Assembly: GCA_965644295.1 (NCBI GenBank)
Contig: CBFFRP010000487.1
Location: 1 to 13,511, forward strand
From: Paraphysomonas bandaiensis
Lineage: Eukaryota > Protista > Chrysophyceae
Direction of reading: 5' to 3'
Length of the DNA: 13,511 nucleotides
Below the pieces are notes generated by a model. That model was given only the letters and a program-made list of their open reading frames with translations. It did no database searches and was not told the origin of the DNA. Below, piece by piece: positions 8,703-13,511 of the stretch (the stretch's first letter is position 1; the number at the start of each line of letters is the position of its first letter). A program made the position numbers and the translations under genes.

Positions 8703-9917
8703 ATGCTACTGGTTTAAAAGGGATATGTCATTGTTCTTCTTATCTTTTGATTGTTTATTTGATTGTGTAGGACTGTTTTTTGGTTTGTGGGGGCCACGAT
8801 TTATCAGGTTTGTAGGACGACTGGCTCACTGACAACAAACAGCATAGAATTCGAAACTTGAAACTGGCGATGTCTGGTAGGACTATATAGTATGTGGTAC
8901 ATGATGGACGTGGGGTTGTATTGAGGTTGGAGTTTTATATATGCTTCCGACAACATGGATGCGGGTTGTTTTAGTAGTGGTGTGTGAGGGTGTGGATTTA
9001 TGTGGTGGTGTTGCTATTGGTGACGCGCAGTCGACTCCTGTGTATGTGGGAGGTCTCTTGGTGAGCATAATCTCATGTACGCATATAGTCATGACTGCAC
9101 ATGCATCTTGGGTATCTGTTGGGCGAATGCCTGCTGTGGACAACACCTCTAAGTTCGTAATCTGCCACGCCCTCATCGTGTTGATCATCGCCGCAATGCC
9201 CTCCATCCTCGCCAGTGCCATCACTTGTCCTGTACTTATTTGCAAGTTATCTACATATTTAACACACTGATTATTGCGATGAGGGGTCAAGAGAAGTGTG
9301 TTTGCACCAAATACACCGAATAGCCACGTTCAGTGCTAGCATTAACGAGCCAGCGTTCGTATCAATGGGTTGAATTAAGTATTTTAAAGATATATATAAT
9401 CTCCTTTTTATACTTTATACTCCGAAGAAACTCTAAACAATGTTCATGCTACTCTCTACAGCTACTTTGTGGCAACTTCGTTCATTATCAGCAGCTAACT
9501 TAATGCCAGAGGTACAACTACTTATACCGAAAAATTCTAAGAAAGCATTGCCAATATATACATATTTCAACTGGAAAACATTCATAAAAAAATACACTTC
9601 CCAAGAATTTTGAAAGAAGCTACACAACAAAAATACTTATACTGTACATATATTAAGAAATAATGATGCAAAAAAATTGATGGCAGTGTAATTTGTAGTC
9701 TACAGAGTCTTTTTCCAAGTAGATTCGGAGAATGCCCTGGGTAATTTTTTTTCGTTGTGCAATGATCGCTGCATCCATACCTTTTCCCGAAAGCATTGTT
9801 GCCAGTGCAAAAGACAGTGGTTAAAAGTCAAGAGAACGATGAAAGAGAGTTGACAGGCAATGAAACAATAAGTATACTATATTTGAAAATATACAACAAC
9901 TAAATTGTAATTAAAAT

Positions 9918-10102
9918 AGTTGAAGTATAAACTTCGCTTCCGTAGTTTCTCTATTGCATACGCACGACGTATCTTGAATGAATGGATATCACATCGCATG
10001 CATGCATATCCACACACTTAGTACAATGTATCGACATGTTTCATCTCTGTAATCTCTAATCATTATTCTCAATTCACCAAGTCAATACCTTGTAGTTCAA
10101 CT
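9918..10102 (+). repeat. Candidate 5' LTR of the Copia element (about 180 bp)
   Basis: Inverted termini AGTTGAAgTAtA (9918) and TgTAgTTCAACT (10102) lie directly before the PBS. The canonical alternative is TGAA...TTCA, 9921-10099. The second LTR is not in the window. Confidence 0.55.
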
Positions 10103-10112
10103 TGGTAGCGGA
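10103..10112 (+). promoter_or_regulatory. Primer-binding site, initiator tRNA-Met type
   Basis: TGGTAGCGGA shares TGGTAGCG with the Ty1 tRNA-iMet PBS and lies 53 nt before the gag ATG at 10156. Confidence 0.75.
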
Positions 10113-10155
10113 TTCTCGCGATCTATAACCTTTGTTTGCCCTTTTACTCATCAGC

Positions 10156-11270
10156 ATGGCTCTCCCTGTCTCCAAAAATCCTATCCAGGAGTTAACACTG
10201 GATCAATGCAAACGATTATCTTCTCACCTCGATAATCTGTCTCTTATATTTCCCTCTTGGGATGTTCCGCAGTATCCGGCACGTCTGCAAGACTTTGAAG
10301 CTTTCGAAACAGACTTTCGTGCGATGCTGAAGTCTACAAAATTATAATTAGACATCATCACCGGAAAGTCTATACGCGGCGACACACCTCCAATTGATGC
10401 TGATGATGATGTCAAATTACTGGCGGAATGGCGTCAATCACTGTATGATGAAAAAAATATATATGATCGTATACTCCGCATTATGGCGCGCGTTCCAGAC
10501 CAATCCCTCCAGTCGTGCGCACATTGGATTGAAGTAGCGATATAATGATTACGGTCTACAGGCATGGAAGAACCTATTGGCTTACATTGACCGGACGAAA
10601 TCGTCGGAGGACCGGGCTACGGAACGACAGGCCTTCTATTTGGCAACACAGGGTTCCAATATGAACAAGTTGCCTCCATCATTGCTAAACGCTTAAAACG
10701 GCGCAGCGACACAATATTCCCGATGCCGATCTCAATCAGCAATTATTATTTACTGGCTTCAGGGACCCATCCAAGGAACAGTCTCTTCGTTCACTTTTGC
10801 GCGCCACTATGCGTGGTTTGTCCTTTGAGAAAATTCTTATTCGGATAGAAGAACAGCTGCCTCTCTATGAAACAAGCGCGTTACCCTCTTCCAAACAAAA
10901 ATCAGTGTGTCCGCATTGTCACAAAAAATGCACACATTCTCCAGAAAATTGTTACAAAAATCCCAATTTTTCAGCTTTCAAGAAAAAACGAGATTTGGAA
11001 GACATTCACTGTTTGCGTTGTTGTGGTCAATTTGGCCATTATTATGTTGTCATGAACTGCCCGAAGAGGCCTAAACCCCCCGCACCTCCTGCACAACAAC
11101 CAGAAGTGCCCCAAAACGCTCCACAGCATGCTGCTAACCCTAGGCCCTCAATTTTGGTCAACAGAAGCGGTCGAGGACGTGGACGCCCACCCAAATCAAG
11201 TCGTGGCAGAGGCCGTTCTGGCACACACCGTCGTGCATCTACCAGACATGTACAGTTCATGGATACTGAT
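10156..11270 (+). pseudogene. gag: Copia gag remnant with two CCHC-like zinc knuckles
   Basis: Starts MALPVSKNP and carries stops and frameshifts. Contains CPHCHKKCTHSPENC and CLRC(C)GQFGHY(YV)VMNC, followed by a Pro-rich and RGRGR-rich tail. Confidence 0.8.
11259..11270 (+). repeat. Left copy of 12-bp target-site duplication ATGGATACTGAT
   Basis: Identical to 12482-12493. Confidence 0.92.
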
Positions 11271-11357
11271 CCCTCAACAAAGTCGGACTCGCACCTTTTC
11301 GTGGTGTTCTGGGGGATAAGTACCGGAGATATTTCTCCGGGAAACTAACGTGAGCCG
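11271..11357 (+). ncRNA. Putative (probably decayed) HDV-like self-cleaving ribozyme
   Basis: P2 CGG(A)CTCGC/GTGAGCCG; P3 ACC/GGT; L3 TTTTCGT; P1.1 GG; P4 CCGGAGA-TATT-TCTCCGG; J4/2 CTAAC; imperfect P1 CCCTCAAC/GTTCTGGG. Confidence 0.6.
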
Positions 11358-11476
11358 CATATTATATAGTCAGCAGATATATTGTTCTGCCCACTCATAG
11401 CCAAATGCTTGTGTGGTACAAGGGACACTAATAAGTGTCACTTGTGTAGACGTCTTTGGGCCCTGACGAATAAACA

Positions 11477-11553
11477 GGCATCTGGGAATGGGCCCACCTC
11501 AAGGGCATCCGGGACAGGGCCCACCAGAAGGGTAACCGGGGTATTGGGCTGCC
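11477..11553 (+). repeat. 27-bp imperfect tandem repeat (two good copies and one degenerate copy) inside the insertion
   Basis: ggcatctgggaatgggcccacctcaag / ggcatccgggacagggcccaccagaag / ggtaaccggggtattgggctgcc. Confidence 0.8.
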
Positions 11554-12481
11554 TGCTGAAGTTAAGCATCCGGGATGTTCACCTTAAGAACTCAAAACAC
11601 CTGAAGTCAGCAGATGTCAGGTATATCAACATTCTGCTTGCTCCCTGCGTTTGCTTTGAGTGATTGATGCTGAGTATGAGTTCACATTATTCGGTATCTG
11701 TGTGGCCAATGACCGAGGTAATGCGTCAAACTTTCCTCATGGATGCATGGCAATGGCAATGATGTGATTAGACCTGTCATGTCTTCTCACACGTCTACTG
11801 CCTAGTCTTGGTTTCTCCTGACCCAGGTCATTGAGATTATATCAAGGCTCTGGCACTGTTCTCCAAGCAGTGTCAGGTACATTTGTGGTGCTTTTATGTT
11901 ATTCTTGCTTAGTAGGTTTTCATCCGAGCGGGGAAGGTGCACGGTTTCCTACTAGTGTAAGTCACTCGGGAGAAGAGTGCAAGGTGGATGCATGTGCTGG
12001 ATGAGTGCACACAATGGAGGGAAGACATTGGAGTCAGCTTGAATTTGTAACAGATTTTGGTAGATGTCTGTTTCATGCGTCAGTGTGCAAAATTGCACCA
12101 GTGAGACCGCTTCGTGACCGTGGGAGGACCCGGCGCTATAGAGCTACTTTATTCTCCCTTCCAGACTACCTGCTGCTGTGAACACCACCTTGAAGAGGGC
12201 CCTAAAGATCTGCCGCATATACAGGAGACATATGCCGAAGACACCGACCGCAAGTTGTTTGTGTTAGGACAAGTAGATTGGGCAGGAGCGTATGATCCGG
12301 CTTAAACACGCAACTCGTCGTATGCCCATGTAGCTAACTAAATCGTGTTGTATAGTTGAGCACTTGTCGGTGCATGCAATAGTAACTAGATGAGAGTCAT
12401 GTTATGCATAGTGTCGCGCGAGTTGTTAGGTTGGTCGCGGCAACGCACAAGCTTGCGCTTCTTAATAATCAGATTTTCAAT

Positions 12482-12493
12482 ATGGATACTGAT
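12482..12493 (+). repeat. Right copy of 12-bp target-site duplication ATGGATACTGAT
   Basis: Identical to 11259-11270. Confidence 0.92.
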
Positions 12494-13511
12494 GATTCCC
12501 CTTATTCACAGACACATAGTAGTGATTCCAATGATGTCTTGATGGTCCTTCCATCTTCTGCAGTGGCCCCAAAGAATTCATCAGCCTCAACTAAGTGCTT
12601 TATTCTTGATGGCGGATGTGTTTTGACCATTTGGTTAATGATTGTACGCATTTATCATGTTTTGTACCAACGTCACGTCATTTTATTAAGGTTGCCGATA
12701 ACCATCAGCTCAAAGCGTGTCTGGAAAAGGCGATATTTCATTCTTCAAGAGAGTTAAATATTATCCACAGATCTCCCAGAATTTATTATCCGAAGGACTT
12801 ATGTTTGATCAGGGGTGGCATTTCAGGCAGATGAATAATGGAGACAAGATCGCCTCCATCATACACAATATTATGGCGCACGTCATCAAATTCACTTTGA
12901 TTATGATATTATGCGGTATTGGACTGCAGATCTACCTATTACAGGTCCTGCTATATATGTGAACCTGTTGCACGTTTTCCCAACGACATTTGTCACGTCA
13001 GTAATCCCTCTGTTACATCCATATCACCCAAGAAGGACACTACAGTTAGCTCATCCAATATGATGCTTTGTTCATACCGACGTCATCTTTCGACCCGTAT
13101 TTACTTCCTTCACCCACGTTGGATACCACCTTCAGCACCACAGTTTCAGCCGTTTTGCATGATGATTTGAATGCAACTCTACGTACATCTACACCCGGCT
13201 GTTGTGGTTTTTATGTGTCCTATTGTACTACCCCATGTACTTCTGCTAGTATACGTCTTCTGCTGACGGCACCGCTCACACCCCTCCGTCCAAACGTCAG
13301 TGTGTTCGCCGCGATCGCAGTAGATATATAGTAACGTCAAGATGCCTCCTAACTGCAGTTCATTGGCACCTGTCATCTCGAAGGCTGCACACGCGTTCCT
13401 GTTACTCCATCTCCAATTAGGTCATTCGGCGTACTCCATTCTCTATGATGCCCTCCGACATGGTAAGATTACTCTGGATTTCCATACTCATGGCGCTCTA
13501 TTGACATCAAC
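12482..13511 (+). pseudogene. pol: Copia pol remnant: protease, Pro/Ser/Thr-rich spacer, start of the GAG-pre-integrase domain
   Basis: FILDGGC (12599-12619), then across frameshifts FDHLVND...FIKVADNHQLKA and SGKGDISFFKRVKYYPQISQNLLSEG. LLHLQLGH at 13402-13425. Confidence 0.85.

Larger units (their letters stand above)
11271..12481 (+). mobile_element. 1211-bp non-autonomous insertion, probable non-LTR (SINE/SIDE-like) retroelement
   Basis: Perfect 12-bp TSD. Removing it restores the Copia frame RHVQF-MDTD-DSPY...FILDGG. No terminal inverted repeats, LTRs, or RT/transposase ORF. Structured 5' and 3' ends. Confidence 0.75.
9918..13511 (+). mobile_element. Degenerate Ty1/Copia LTR retrotransposon (5' part), interrupted at 11271-12481
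   Basis: Order is PBS, gag with two zinc knuckles, Copia-type protease (FILDGGC-FDHLVND, KVADN, GKGDI, NLLS) and then the pre-integrase HxxLGH motif. This PR-IN order is Copia-type. Confidence 0.9.

Noticed and set aside
8883-9290. Overlapping 135-aa and 109-aa ORFs on opposite strands
   Set aside because: Low-complexity, strand-skewed sequence with no recognisable motif.
9430-9870. Cys/His-rich fragment (CNDRCIHTF...CCQC) in AT-rich flank
   Set aside because: Multiple stops in all frames and spacing that fits no finger I can name.
11311-11349. Hairpin followed by GAAAC, as a hammerhead stem II
   Set aside because: No CUGANGA upstream; the HDV-like interpretation explains more of the sequence.
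11477-11575. CRISPR-like array
   Set aside because: The repeats are contiguous and degenerate with no spacers, in a eukaryotic TE context.
11271-12481. Helitron, MULE or solo-LTR identity for the insertion
   Set aside because: Helitrons make no TSD and end in CTRR; there are no TIRs for a MULE; there are no TG...CA ends and the TSD is too long for an LTR element.

Overview
Eukaryotic, transposon-dense DNA with no recognisable host gene; the host cannot be identified from this window. (1) Bases 1-8367 are a near-complete Ty3/Gypsy LTR retrotransposon on the minus strand. It has a 5' LTR ending at 8367, gag (6865-5027), pol in PR-RT-RH-IN order (5026-1616), a frameshifted integrase tail running to about 946, a polypurine tract (836-850) and a 3' LTR (1-835) cut by the window edge. 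Its unusual features are an IFDN motif in place of RT YxDD, a CCCH rather than CCHC finger in Gag, gag and pol in one frame separated by a single UGA inside a 55-nt hairpin, and a long chromodomain-like integrase tail. (2) Bases 8368-9917 are degenerate flank, possibly including a broken DNA-binding or transposase ORF. (3) From about 9918 to the end is a decayed Ty1/Copia element on the plus strand. (4) A 1211-bp element (11271-12481) flanked by a perfect 12-bp target-site duplication interrupts the Copia gag-protease frame. It starts with a sequence that folds by eye as an HDV-like ribozyme, ends in stem-loops and has no RT or transposase ORF. This candidate ribozyme-headed non-autonomous retroelement is the most interesting object in the window. 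All structures were folded by eye and no database searches were run.
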